DNA from: Epiperipatus broadwayi
Taxonomy: Eukaryota > Animalia > Onychophora
DNA: 64,000 nucleotides
Assembly (NCBI GenBank): GCA_028023455.1
Contig: JAQFVV010000008.1
Coordinates: 16,492,001 to 16,556,000 of the forward strand
Direction of reading: 5' to 3'
Made by a program: the position numbers and the translations under genes
The notes under the pieces: model-generated
Told to the model about the DNA's origin: nothing
Databases searched by the model: none
Seen by the model: only the letters and a program-made list of their open reading frames with translations
Part shown: positions 39,560 through 51,465 of the stretch, in pieces
How positions within the stretch are numbered: the stretch's first letter is position 1
Layout: each line of letters starts with the position of its first letter

Positions 39560-40570
39560 ATAAAAGGACAAAAATTGTCATTCATTTCTGTGCCTTAAGT
39601 ATCAATTTTGAGGGATTCTGTCAAATCATATAATTGGCTGAATGTGAAACCATTATTTGATACAATAAGCATATGAAGACTATGGGTGGCCTATAGCTTT
39701 TATAGTGCCTCAATAGATATTGAGGCATGAAAAGAGGAAATGTCAATCACCTCCAATCATTTAATATAGGTATTTGCAACAATTAAAAAATTGCTTGATT
39801 CCTCTATATGACCAAAGGCTAGTTGCAAGTGACTATAGAATAACTGAAGTTTAGCTAGTGTGTTTTGTGTAGATATATTGGTGGATATTGAATTTGATGT
39901 CTGAAGCAATATCTGACTACCAAACAGGAATTATTTCATTATCACTGTCTTTGAATGACTTCACTGTAGTAATGGCATTTGTCTTTGACCACCACACTCT
40001 CCTAATTTTTGATTGAAAACACCTTATCTTGACCAGAATGATTTTTGATGTTGCTTGGGCTTAATTATGGTCATCTTAAATGAATGCATTTTAAGAGTTC
40101 CTGATAATCAGGATTATATTCAGTTCAATGAGCCATTATTTTACTGTTAAGTTTTTTACTATTCTCTAAAACCATTATGTTAATTACTTTCTCATATTTG
40201 AATCTATTGGTTTTCTAGCTTAAGGCCTCTACATAGAAAATATTTTTCTTTGTCTGTGCTGAATTTTATAGGTATAATCAGTCAAAAATTAAAACAATAT
40301 ATGAGGCAATATATGAGACACACTTTTTTCAGCTGCCATATTGTTTGGCATTGGCTTATGGTAGTTTCTAAAATGACTACTCTCTTGTTGTTAAATTCGT
40401 GAAAGTGCTTCACAATCTATCAATTAATTTGGGAGTATTTTTTCCCCTTTTGGTTAGCATATGTGATGTGAAGGTTATGAGGGCTTCAGACCCAATGTCA
40501 TCTACTGGAAAAGCATCACAGTTGAGCAATAGCTTTCTCTGTAGCTTCATAATTAGCTAGTCTCCTGGTT
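39560..40570 (-). pseudogene. Gypsy pol relic (RNase H to integrase core)
   Basis: LLLNCDAF (RNase H CDAS-like) near 40510; IVKHFHE...SHF (integrase Zn finger) near 40400; FLIVANTYIK*LEV...ATHSLHMLIVSNNGFTF (rve core) at ~39800-39640. Confidence 0.7.
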
Positions 40571-41085
40571 TTATCTATGCATTTTTTTTTTTGTTATAAA
40601 ATCTGATACATATAAGACCTAACTCATTCTAACTAGAATAACTTATAGATTTAAATCGGTGTCAACCCATCAAATTATTATGTTGCTTGATATATACCTC
40701 TAAAATACCTTTCTTTTTTCTTTAAAACTTTTCTAAAAATGAAACTTTATAGCCTTGATAGTCTTTCATTAGCTTTAGACTATCATTTATTTTCAAATAT
40801 GGTATAAACTATGGAGCCTGAATTGATTTTCATCATAATTCATTCTTTATTTATAATAATTTGTGCTTTGAAAGTCATACTTTCCTTCACATTTCACAAG
40901 CTATGTAATTTAAACCTATTGTTTCTTGCTCTGGGATTCTAGAGGTTCAAAACTTTTTTCCAGATAAACACACTATCTCAATATATCTCTTTATTCCAAT
41001 AATGGTAGACTTTACAAATGTTGTGTTAGTGCATGCTTTTTATCACAATAATAAATTTTACTTTATCTGCTTGTAATTTACATTA

Positions 41086-43640
41086 TTTTTTTTTTATTAT
41101 TATTTTAAGTAATAAACTTTATTAAAACACAGCATATTTACATAATTACAAGATAAATTTCTAGTTCACTGTATACAATTTAGACCCTTTTTCTTTAACA
41201 AGAAGATTACATTTCTTTATTATATGTTTTACTACCAGATTTCACATTTGGAGAGAGCAATTCCTCCCCATACACGTTTTAAGGTTTTTTGGGGGCCAAT
41301 ATTTTAGGCATAAGTTAAAGTAGTTCTCCCAATCTTTACCATTTTTTTTAACTAATTGAATTTCTTATTATCAAATAGAAGTGAACATCTTATTGCCCAC
41401 AATGATTTCAACGTATGGGTCATTACATTCGCATTGTGTGGGTTGAAATTTATAACATATTTTTTCATAAGTTATTTGAGAATTATTATAGGCCTGTGAA
41501 AGACCTTCATTCTAATTTTTCTAAAGGCATAGCAATCTTCAAACAAGTGCATAAAAGTTTCACTGCCCCTGTTACACATAATACAGGTTTTATTCAAACT
41601 CAATCCCAGTCTTTTATTAATGTAGGTAGTTGTAGATAGAATCCCATTGATTAACTTAAAAATAAATCTCATTGGTGTCTGAGGTGTAAATATTTAGTGA
41701 AATTTTTTTAAAACATTTTTCATTGAACAGCTCAATCAATTATTTTCATTTTTGTAATTTTTTTTTTTTTTAAATCTTTATATCTAATATGATCTAGGGT
41801 GGTTATATCAAGTTCATCTTGCAAGTCTTTATATGCCATCAACATATCAGTAAGATATGATATTTTTTCAGCTCCCAATCCGTTAATAATAAATATGTTA
41901 CCATTTGGGAGATTAAATGACTGATCTTTGGCTACATTTATATAAGCTTTAGCAGTAATAAATCGAACATAAGCTTTTGGGTCAATTAAATTGAGACAAC
42001 CCTTATTTATTGGAAGCTGTAAATGCGAGGTAGGTTTTTTTTCCCCATATGAATTTTTTTGCCATCTGTATAATCTTTAGGTTTGATTTATTATATAATT
42101 TTAACCATGGCCCGTAATATTCTAGCCCTCCCATTGCAATACCATTAAATATTTTGGTTTTAGTTATTTCATAGAGTTTAAAAGGCATAAAACCATTAAT
42201 TCTTTCCTCTATTTTCCTTGTGACTAATTGGTTTAATAGTCCATTCATCTTAGTTTTTGATAAATATAATGGAAGGCCAAGGAAGAACTTAGGCTTTTCC
42301 CTGTTGCCAGTTGCCAAGCTGCTAATTTGTTTACTTGAATTAATGCTCCAGTTGCCTGCTGAAATTTTCTGATTATATTCATTACATCAATATTATAACA
42401 GTTTTCAAAAATTATTATAATATCATCTATAAATGCCGTAACCTTTACTGAAACTCCCAATTGGGGTAGGTAAATTTCATTTATTAGTGCCTCTATTTCT
42501 TTTTTTTTTTTTCTCTTCTCATGGGTTATAGCATCGGCTAGGAAGCGAACCCGTAACAGCTGTGCTGACAACTCGACCACCAATGCTTGTCATGAAATCT
42601 TCATAAATTGCAAACAACAATGCTGCCAAATGTGATTCTTGCGGAATTCATCTATCTGGGGCAAAAAACTCTGATCTTCTTATAAAATTTTTATAAGAGA
42701 TTCTTTTATTCATAATGTAATTTTTTATTGCATTCAATAAGAATTGATCATCTTCTATAAGCTCCTTTAGGGTATTAAATAGATAAGATCAGTTAACGAG
42801 GTCAAAAGCAGATTTAAAATCAATTTGTAATGCAAAATACTGTGTTAAATTATGCATCCTGGCATGCTTGATAGCTTCTTGGATTTTAATAGCTGCATTT
42901 ACTGCTCTCTTGCCTTTTACTGCATGATGCGCCATTGATATCTTTTTACTGACATTTCTAAATATTTTTTTGTAATATTCTAGCAATGATTTTAGCATCA
43001 ATATCCTCAATTGTTATATTTCTTAGTTCTTCAAAACGGGGCATTTTCATATTCTTTTCTTTTTTAATACTGAAGATTATTCTGTTGTTAATATATGGCC
43101 AGTCGAAAATCTCTGAGCACATTTGATTATAAAATTTTAATAAAAGGCCAATCAGAAGATAACCAATTTGCTTATACACTGATGCTGGAATTTCGTCATC
43201 TGTTAATACTGTTTGCAACTTTAATCCCTTTATTTCAACAAAGACCTTCTGATGTGAGATGTAACCATTCATAGTTTGCTTTAATTGCATCGAGAATTGT
43301 TCACTTTCAATCTTGCATTTGTCCATGATTTCTTTTAATCTCACAACCATATATTGATCTACCTTATCACCTGATATCATGGAATCTTCGGCTGTCATCA
43401 TCAGTGGGATACCATTGGTGCGAGGGATGTATATTTTCACATAGTTAATTGTTGACTTCACTATTTTGCTAAGATCGGGATTAATTTTCTTATTCTTCAT
43501 GTATATGTTTCTTCCTGCATTCTTTTATATATTTCATTGTATTCTAATTGTAATTTCTTCATTAAATCATTATTTTCTCTGAGGCCAGATATAGTACTTA
43601 GTATTTTATTGATTTCAATAATTCTATTTTTCATTTGATT
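41086..43640 (-). mobile_element. 5'-truncated L1/Tx1-type LINE with a decayed RT and an A-rich 3' tail
   Basis: ORFs with RNITIEDIDAKIIARIL, LQIDFKSAFDLVN, IPQESHLAALLFAIYED, TAFIDDII and KFFLGLPL. AATAAA and an A-rich tail at ~41125-41086 on the minus strand. Confidence 0.8.
42500..42586 (-). mobile_element. Short tRNA-Gly-derived, polyadenylated insert inside the LINE RT
   Basis: Minus strand GCATTGGTGGTCGAG...GGGTTCGCTTCCTAGCCGATGC has the tRNA-Gly acceptor stem and a B box, and lacks the anticodon arm. It is followed by a 17-nt linker and A13, and interrupts the RT between the QG-type motif and the DD motif. Confidence 0.65.
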
Positions 43641-44430
43641 TTGTGTTAACATATTATTTGTGTTATTACGGCATAGGCGGAGTCAATATAACATTAGAAC
43701 TGCTTTCCAAAGCCATACTACACTTCAAGGATTGCTTACTTCTACTAAGCCTAAACTGGAAATGCTGAAGAACAAAAACTGCATCTATGAAATACCATGT
43801 GAATGTGGAAGGAAATACATTGGTGAGACTTGTCGGCCTGTTGAACACCGTTTGAAGGAGCACAAACTAATGTTAAAAGAGAAAAAACAGATATGTCTAC
43901 CATAGCAGATCATGTATGTACTAGTAACCATACGCTTAAGTGGGAAAATACAAAGATATTGGATAAAGAGGAAAAAATGCATAGAAGAAAATTCAAGGAA
44001 GCTGCTCATATGACAATGGTAAATAATCCTATAAGTCAACCCAGTGTGGCACTACACAATGTATGGAAGCCTCTAATTAATCTTGCTCTTAGGAAAAAAT
44101 AAAAATAATTAGATTAAAATAAAAAAATAAAAATTGAAGGACTCAGGAGGATTTGAACCAACCCTCATATATAAATATATCAAATTTCTACTATATGTTG
44201 CCTTTGACAGAATAGCTTAGTTGGTAGAGCGTTTGCCTTAAATTCAATATTCAAGAATCTAAAGGTGCGAGTTCAACTTCTAAGCAAATATTGTCACTAT
44301 GCATATAGGTCAGCAACACCAGAAGAAGAGTGGAGAATATTGTGTAATTACTAACCTGTATTGTCTATTTGTGTGTTATTACTAACAAAGTTATTTGTAT
44401 TTGAAAAGTTTAAATAAAGTTTAAAATTTT
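43640..44430 (+). mobile_element. Penelope-like element (PLE) 3' fragment: GIY-YIG endonuclease and 3' UTR; boundaries approximate
   Basis: CIYEIPCECGRKYIGETCRPVEHRLKEHK followed (after a frameshift) by STIADHVCTSNHTLKWENTKILDKE...KFKEAAHM, typical of the PLE C-terminal endonuclease. Confidence 0.9.
44206..44290 (+). other. tRNA-like (Phe-like) Pol III promoter sequence in the PLE 3' region
   Basis: GACAGAATAGCTTAGTTGGTAGAGCGTT...ATCTAAAGGTGCGAGTTCAAC has an A box and a B-box-like motif resembling tRNA-Phe. The anticodon stem does not pair, so this is not a functional tRNA. Confidence 0.55.
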
Positions 44431-45139
44431 CTATACATTCAACATTCACTCATAAATGCTGGAAATAGTTCAACATATCACATCTTATAATATAACATCA
44501 TTACAAACCTTCAGACAAATGTTCAAAGAATAACTTAAAATTTCAGGCCAAGATTAAGTTTTTGAATTGTGTAATTTATGACAGATTCTTTTTCATCTTG
44601 AGTTCCTAAACTAAATTTATAACTTTGCATAATCACAGGTAGTTTGAGGCAATATAAATACTAAATAGTTGTAATAGCTTTCTCAAGTGTTAATTGGAGG
44701 GGGAGGAGTGAACAAATGTTGCTTATGCCAACAAAACTTTATATGTGACTGAAATATACATACCTACAAAAGTTGCTAATTTTACCTTGATGTTTAGTTT
44801 GTTTATGTAATTCATTAACATACTAAAAAGAAACTAAGACTGTCTAGGTATGTGAGCCAGTTTTCGTGATACCTTGAATCAAACTTGTTTGTAGTCCCTG
44901 TCCTAGCCATATGATCATCTTGAGGGTTTTTTTTTTTAAAAAAAAAAATAAATCTCCAAAAGCAAGTAAATGATTCCATTATCATTTCCCAATTTGTTAT
45001 TTATCTAATGCAATGAAAAGTCAGGTTAAATATTATTTAGTTTTGTTATACACTGTTGCATAATTAGATATTAATATTATATTAAGCTAAATAAATGCTC
45101 ATAACAATAATAAGATCTTTGTTATATAATATAACCTCT

Positions 45140-45665
45140 AGTCTTGATCAATGAATCAAATATTATTGATGAACATTTCAGCAAATCATTTTACTAGATT
45201 ACTCAGTCAATGCAAATTGACATTTTCGTTAGCTGCCCTGGATCTATATAAGGATTTACAAATCTAGTAACTTTTTCAAACAAGAGTGAAACTATTACAA
45301 TCCAGATGTAAACATAGTCTCATTTATATATGGTCTAATTCAAACTTTTATAGAAGATTTCATTATTTATTTTAAATTTAAAGCCCATGCAAATGAAAAA
45401 TTTTAAATATTTGTATGTAAAATCTCAGTCTTGATTAATGAACCAAATGCTATTGACAAATATTTCAACACCCACCCACCCCTCACACACACACATTTTA
45501 GAATATTTCACAGCCAGCACCAAATATTTGTATTAGTGGTCTCTAGGAAAACTAGTATTTTTTTAAAATTAGACAACTTTATTTATATGTAGCCCAATTC
45601 AAACTTTCATGGAAGAGTACATTACTTATTTATTTTAAAGCCCATCAAGTGAAGAATTTTTAAGA
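45140..45665. repeat. Old tandem duplication, ~270-285 bp period
   Basis: agtcttgat(c/t)aatgaa(t/c)caaat at ~45140 and ~45427; aattcaaacttt...ttaaagccc at ~45337 and ~45597. Confidence 0.55.
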
Positions 45666-48366
45666 CAAATATTTATAATATAATGAATACATTATTTTCA
45701 ACTTTATTTTTAATCTCTCGTGAAAGTTTAATTAAATTAGTTTATATATAAATGAGGCTGTGTTTTCATCCAGATTGTAATAACTTCACTCTTATTTGAA
45801 AAAAGTTGAGCAATCAACTAAAGTGGAGGTGCTGAAATGTTTATAAATAGCATTCAGCTCATTGATCAAAACAGGAAGTTATATAAAAAGTTTAAAATAA
45901 TGGTGTGTTTATTATATTAAAAATATTGGCTCAAAATCTTCACTTGCATGGCTTTAAAATAAGTAAATAATGATCCAAACTATACATGTCATATCTTTAT
46001 AGTAGTAACATTTGAACAATATTTTTCTATTATTTATTCTTTTTTCCTTCGATGATGATTATCATCTGTTTTGCAAACTTTTGTTTGCATTAATTGACTA
46101 AGTACTGTTTGAAATGCCAATGCCCTCTTTGTGGTCTCACTACAAGTCAAAATCACTGACAGCTAATAATTTGTTGCCTAAACTTTTCATTAGTTATTCC
46201 CCAAAGAAACAGTTCAAGGAAGACTCATCAATGAACTCACTATATTCACAAGTTTTTATTAGTTTTTTCAATTCTGTATGAAATTCAAAAATCCTTACCC
46301 CTCTTTAGCTTGTCTGAAATTCCTAAAGCATGAATATGCTCTATGTTTTGCTAGCATCAAATTTAAAAAATTATTAAAACATTTTGTTACAAATGTATAT
46401 ATTAGATTTTCAGTCATAAATACTTTGTACAACTTATTAGCTATTTCTATTACCTTTTGTCTTGACACCCACAATAATGTAATGACTTTGCACTTATTAT
46501 ATTCTATCAATAATAGTTTTTATACACATTTAGTATACAGATTCCATTCCAGTGGGTTATTGTCATCACATTTGCCAATGTATTGTTGTGGTAATAGTAT
46601 AATTTTCTCTATTACATCTAATTATTTGTTCTAATAAATTTATTCCTATCTTTAGTCTATTCTATATCTGACTATTACAGGGATTTGTTTTATACTAAGA
46701 CGTTTTACCTGTTTGATGGTATTTTCTAAATTTGAATTCTATATCATCTGTGTTAACTTGAACTATACCCAAATGGTTTATTCTCTTAGCACTTGTCAAA
46801 CTCAAATTCTCAAAATATTAACCAGTCTATATACATCATATTCTTTATCCACAGCAGCTATTTACTTTTTAGAATAGAATGCACAGGCAGTTATTATATA
46901 TAATGATTGAATCAGATAATTAGGATTAATCTAATTTGTTTACTATCTCTTTTAATAACTAGATAGAATGTTTTTTGCATTGTATTAGTTATGCACTATT
47001 TAGATTAGAATGAACAGACACTTTTTATTTATAATGATTAAGATACTTTAAATAATCAAATTTCAATGTTAAAATTTGTCCATTATGTTGCCTTCTATAT
47101 ATAAAATTAAAAACAATACAATTTATTTATTATTTCTTTTATTAAATATATAAAAATATCAAATGTATATGCTGATAATAATCAAATTCAATTTTTAGAA
47201 ATATAGCAATTGTTTGTTAAAAACTATATCAATGACTCAAAAGCATAAAAAGTTATAATGTTTATTGTGACAATGTATTTAAACCCTATATCTGATATTT
47301 TAGTCTATAGGGACAGGAGAGCTTTGGAGAACTGGCTCATTTCTTTGATTATCCATTTCATTCTTCTTTGTGTTTTTGTCTTAGACATTCAGCAATAGAT
47401 CCAGCTTAAGAATACTAGTATTTTTTATATATGATATGTGATGATATGTGTATACTTCATAGCTCTTATTATTCATTAATTCATATTTTTAGCTAAATAA
47501 ACTTAAACTGGTCTATTTTTAATTGATTATTCTTTTTGGCAATTAATTCTATTCTTTTATTGTTCCTATACTTAATTTTAGTCTAAATATTTAAATATTA
47601 AATTAGTTTTTCTGTATTAAGTATTATTTAATTTATACTTATATATTGTGTGATGTGAATTTTTATTTCTCTACTATATATTATTGCATAGTGCATTTAA
47701 AAAAAAAAAAAAAAAATTATCAAAAATGTTGGCCCACATTGTACTTTATCTCAAAAACTGGACTTAATCTCTCTCTTTCTCCCACCTTGCCCTTTTCAAA
47801 TTTTCTAATCTAATAAATTCTTCCTTAACGGTTTTATAAATAATTTTATATTTTCAGCAGGAGTTAATTTCTGAAATAGCATTGTTCAAAAATTGAAGCG
47901 AAAAAAGTATGAATTCATCAATATTCTTTTCAATGATTAATTTAATTTAAAAGATAAAGTAGTCTTTAAATAACCCATTGCAGTGTTATAGCCTCTCCAA
48001 TAAGCTCTTGTAGAGGAACAGTGAAAAAGTGGGCATTATTTGTCATTATGCAATTGCAAGATTGTAAGGGTTTGAATATGAATGAATGATTTTTTTCTTC
48101 TCCTTTAGCTAAATTAGTCTGATGGATATAGGGTAGCTATTTAAAAGAAAAATGCTGTCAGCAGAACCTGAAATTTTTTATCTTACCTGGATTTAATTCC
48201 AGATCATAAGTTATAAAAAATGAACATCACATGGTCACCAATATTGAGAGTTTTACCTGTTTTAATAAAAAATGAATGTGATACCTCTAAATAATAATCT
48301 TTTTTTTTTTTTTTGCTATTGTTGTTTATTCATTATTATTATTTTTCCAATTCATTCCCTTTTTAG

Positions 48367-48440
48367 ATGCAGGTCGTGTTCTTCAATACAGTCATCATTA
48401 TAAAAAGCATTTACTCTCTCTTCAGTTGGCTTCTAGTGAA
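48367..48440 (+). CDS. Next coding exon of the same gene
   Basis: ttttAG acceptor and |GTGAGT donor. Phase 1 matches the previous exon and gives D-AGRVLQYSHHYKKHLLSLQLASSE, completing the RRM-like domain (A-x-RVL...H). Confidence 0.8.
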
Positions 48441-49031
48441 GTGAGTTTTTAATAAATTGCAATGTTTAAATTTAATATTTCAATAGCTTTTTATCAAACA
48501 TATATGTATGTTTCTCAAATTGAGTAGCACTTGGGTTCCCAGCTATTTTCTCCAATCAAGCATATCTTCTAATTGAATACAAGACAAATCATGCCTCACA
48601 AATATAAACATTATAAAACAGTTATTTATAAATGGATATCAGCATTATATCTTTAATAATAATTAAAAAAATGAAAAACAAAGAAAAAAAGTTAAAAGAT
48701 GCATTTTATATACAAGCCAATCCATGACCACAGCTGTATCCTAATATATCACAAGCTGTTTATCTGATCTCCTTATGATAAATCAATGACTTTTTTAATT
48801 TTGTCTTTTGCAAATCTTGGTGGAAAATATCTAATTGCTTAATTATCGGTAGCAATTGCATTTTGTCATCAGCTGTATCCTCTAAATGAAGAGAATCACC
48901 ATTGCTTCTCTTTGGAATATATTTGATAGAATTTTTACAATTCAAATGTAATTCTCATTATCAATAAAGCAAGTCATATATAACGTGACATCACTTTTAT
49001 AAGCTTGTATTTACAAAAATGTAATGCAGAG

Positions 49032-49078
49032 AGCATACCAATAGCTCAAATCAAGCTTGTTTGAGCTATTGGTATGCT
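49032..49078. repeat. 47-bp palindrome (19-bp perfect arms)
   Basis: agcataccaatagctcaaa / tttgagctattggtatgct around a 9-nt spacer. Confidence 0.85.
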
Positions 49079-49251
49079 GTCTGTATTAAATGTAATGCTC
49101 AAAAGCATAATAAATATTTGAAATACATGAATTCTTCATATACCTGGAGCTTAATTGTAAATATAGACAATTTGAACACAGACTTTCAAGCACCCTTCAA
49201 CTATCCATCCTATCTCATACCCCTGATACACATGATCACACATGTAGAAAA

Positions 49252-49316
49252 GATAAATAATTGCCAATATACGTATTTCATCCTGAACCAGTACTCATCA
49301 GTTGGTCCAGATTATC
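49252..49316 (-). ncRNA. Type I hammerhead ribozyme (family 2, X1)
   Basis: Minus strand: ccaa CTGATGA gtactg-gtt-caggat GAAA tacgt-ATA ttgg. Palindromic stem III atacgtat. Predicted cleavage between 49268 and 49267. Confidence 0.75.
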
Positions 49317-49720
49317 ATCTCCCACACATATATATAATCAGTGCTCAGTTTATATTAAGATAGCAAATCGTCATACTTTAATGGACAGGCTTCAATCTGC
49401 TCCAACTTTCAGCCTCCATACCATTGAAAATCTGATGATGGAAAACCCAAATCCCATGCTGATGTCAATATTTTTGCCATGCCCATGTTGACTTCATGTG
49501 ACTCTGATCCCTCATGTATAGGACCTTATCCATTTAAATACATAGAAGAGGGATGGGCAGGATGCAGGCTTAATGTTTAAATATTTGGAATATAGGCATT
49601 CTTCATATACCTGGAGCTTAACCGTAAATATAAAAGATTTGAACACAGCCTTTCAAGCATCCTTCAACTATCCATGCTATCTCATACCACTGATACACAT
49701 GACCACACACATGTACGAAA

Positions 49721-49785
49721 GATAAATTATCACCAATATATATATTTCGTGCTGAACCAGTACTCATCAGTTGGTCCAGATTATC
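49721..49785 (-). ncRNA. Type I hammerhead ribozyme (family 2, X2), canonical core
   Basis: Minus strand: accaa CTGATGA gtactg-gtt-cagcac GAAA tatat-ATA ttggt. G10.1-C11.1 present, 5/6-bp stem II, 5-bp stem I plus distal gataa/ttatc. Predicted cleavage between 49737 and 49736. Confidence 0.85.
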
Positions 49786-51441
49786 ATCTCCCACACATAT
49801 ATGTAATCAGTGATCCAGTTTATATTAAGATAGCAAATCGTCATAATTTAATGGACAAGCTTCAATCTAATGCCTGTAATCCAAATATTTACACATTAAG
49901 CCTGCATCCTGCCCATCCCTTTTCTATATATTTAAATGGTTAAGATCGTATGACATGAAGTCAACATGGGCGTGGTAAGAATATTGGCATCAGCGTGGAA
50001 TTTGGCTTTCCATCATCAGATTTTCAATGGCATGGGTGGCTGAAGAGTTGGAGATTGGAGTAGATTGAAGCCTGTCCATTAAATTAAGATTTTTTTTATT
50101 ACATATTCTTAGACAAGTGTATATGGATTCAAACTACTCTTTACACATTTTTTGTACATCATTGTTATTATTAATACAAAAAAATATTATAAATTTATAA
50201 ACAATGCTGAAATATAAAGAGATTATTATTTTTTATTTTTTTTTGCTGAGCACAGAATTGTCATATTTTGAAATAATTTATTCAGAAGTTTTCTAAATGC
50301 ATAAATCACAAATTTAAATAGTAATAAAAAGTTTGTTTAGATATATAATATCTATCTCCTATTTAAATATCATGTGCAATTGCAAACCAGGCATGAAGCA
50401 AATCAAATATAACTAGAAATTATAAAAAACTACAAGATGTAATAGTTGTATGGAAGAAGTGTGGAAATTTAAATCAAATAAATTACAAAACTAATATTAT
50501 GTAGTAAATAACAGCAGCATTAAGATTTAGCACCAGCATCGAGCAGATAAATAGAAGCTTAAAAATATCAAAAGTACTGGATTAGCTAGGTCTCATATAT
50601 CATGATACAGAATAATTTTGCCATACTCATATCAGGTAACAGCAAATAACTCACCACTCTTTTGTTATATTCAAAATACCATAGAGATTACATGTATTTT
50701 TAAAGTAATTCCTATTTAGTTTCAAGCATCTTTTTTTTTTTTCCATTTGAAAATCTTCTACTAAACTTATGCTAGTTCATTTATTTTTTTGATATTCACC
50801 AGTCTTGTATAAATATTAAATAGCAATTAATGATAAAATAGTATCTTCACAAATAGAAAAGTCCAAGAAATAAAAGAGGATTTTCAAGACAAATTCAAAG
50901 ACTTACTCTGCATAGTTACGGTAAATACAGAAACTGTTTACTCATACTATAAGACCTTTTTTGATGCTATATTCTCAGAATTAATCTGACTTTTATTCTA
51001 TTTTTTCTTTTGTTTTACATTTTCAGTTATATTTCCAATCTTATCTAAACTCTTTAAGTGTTAAATAGTCTGGCATTTAAGAGTCCAGGTCATAAGAAGC
51101 ATAATATTCTTTGTTTTAATTAGTTAACAGAAATCATAACTTATCATATAATTGTGTATTCTTAATCTATAATGGAATTAATTATTCTACACAAATTTCA
51201 CTACTTTCATAAACATATTAACCTCAGATATTTTCTCCATTTATGCAGCAACATCTTTAAAATAAAAAGAAATTTTAGATACTTTTCTTATTTCATTGTC
51301 ACATTTAATATATCTGTGAATTTGTGGATTATTTTTATAATGTTAGGTGACAGCATGCTTACTTTCATTTTTCATAACTTCAATTTTTGTAATAAATGAT
51401 TAGTTGTTAATGTTTTTGTTGTGTTTGGCTTTCATTTACAG

Positions 51442-51465
51442 GTTCAGTTTCAAACCAACAGAAAA
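51442..51465 (+). CDS. Candidate 24-nt micro-exon (VQFQTNRK), or the start of a short terminal exon
   Basis: ttcatttacAG acceptor, phase 0 consistent with the preceding exon, followed by GTAATG. No homology support visible. Confidence 0.35.

Larger units (their letters stand above)
49131..50083 (-). mobile_element. Retrozyme-like element (family 2): X-Y-X direct repeats with HHRs, plus an inverted Y-x duplication
   Basis: X1 49131-49398 and X2 49598-49868 are direct repeats. Y 49399-49599 is present again in inverted form at 49869-50061, followed by the inverted last 22 nt of X (50062-50083). No credible protein. Confidence 0.8.

Noticed and set aside
44206-44290. Functional intron-containing tRNA gene
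   Set aside because: The anticodon and acceptor stems do not pair. Kept only as a tRNA-like promoter relic.
46278-46634. 118-aa and 71-aa ORFs; possible piggyBac relic
   Set aside because: AT-biased composition and no clear catalytic motif.
49433-49446. CTGATGA-TG-GAAA in segment Y (and its inverted copy at ~50005-50020) as an additional hammerhead
   Set aside because: Only 2 nt separate the core boxes, so stem II cannot form, and there is no stem I or stem III pairing.
49061-49943. Overlapping 76-100 aa ORFs with repeated sequence
   Set aside because: These are by-products of the X direct repeats. They show no domain similarity, and the conserved feature is RNA structure on the opposite strand.
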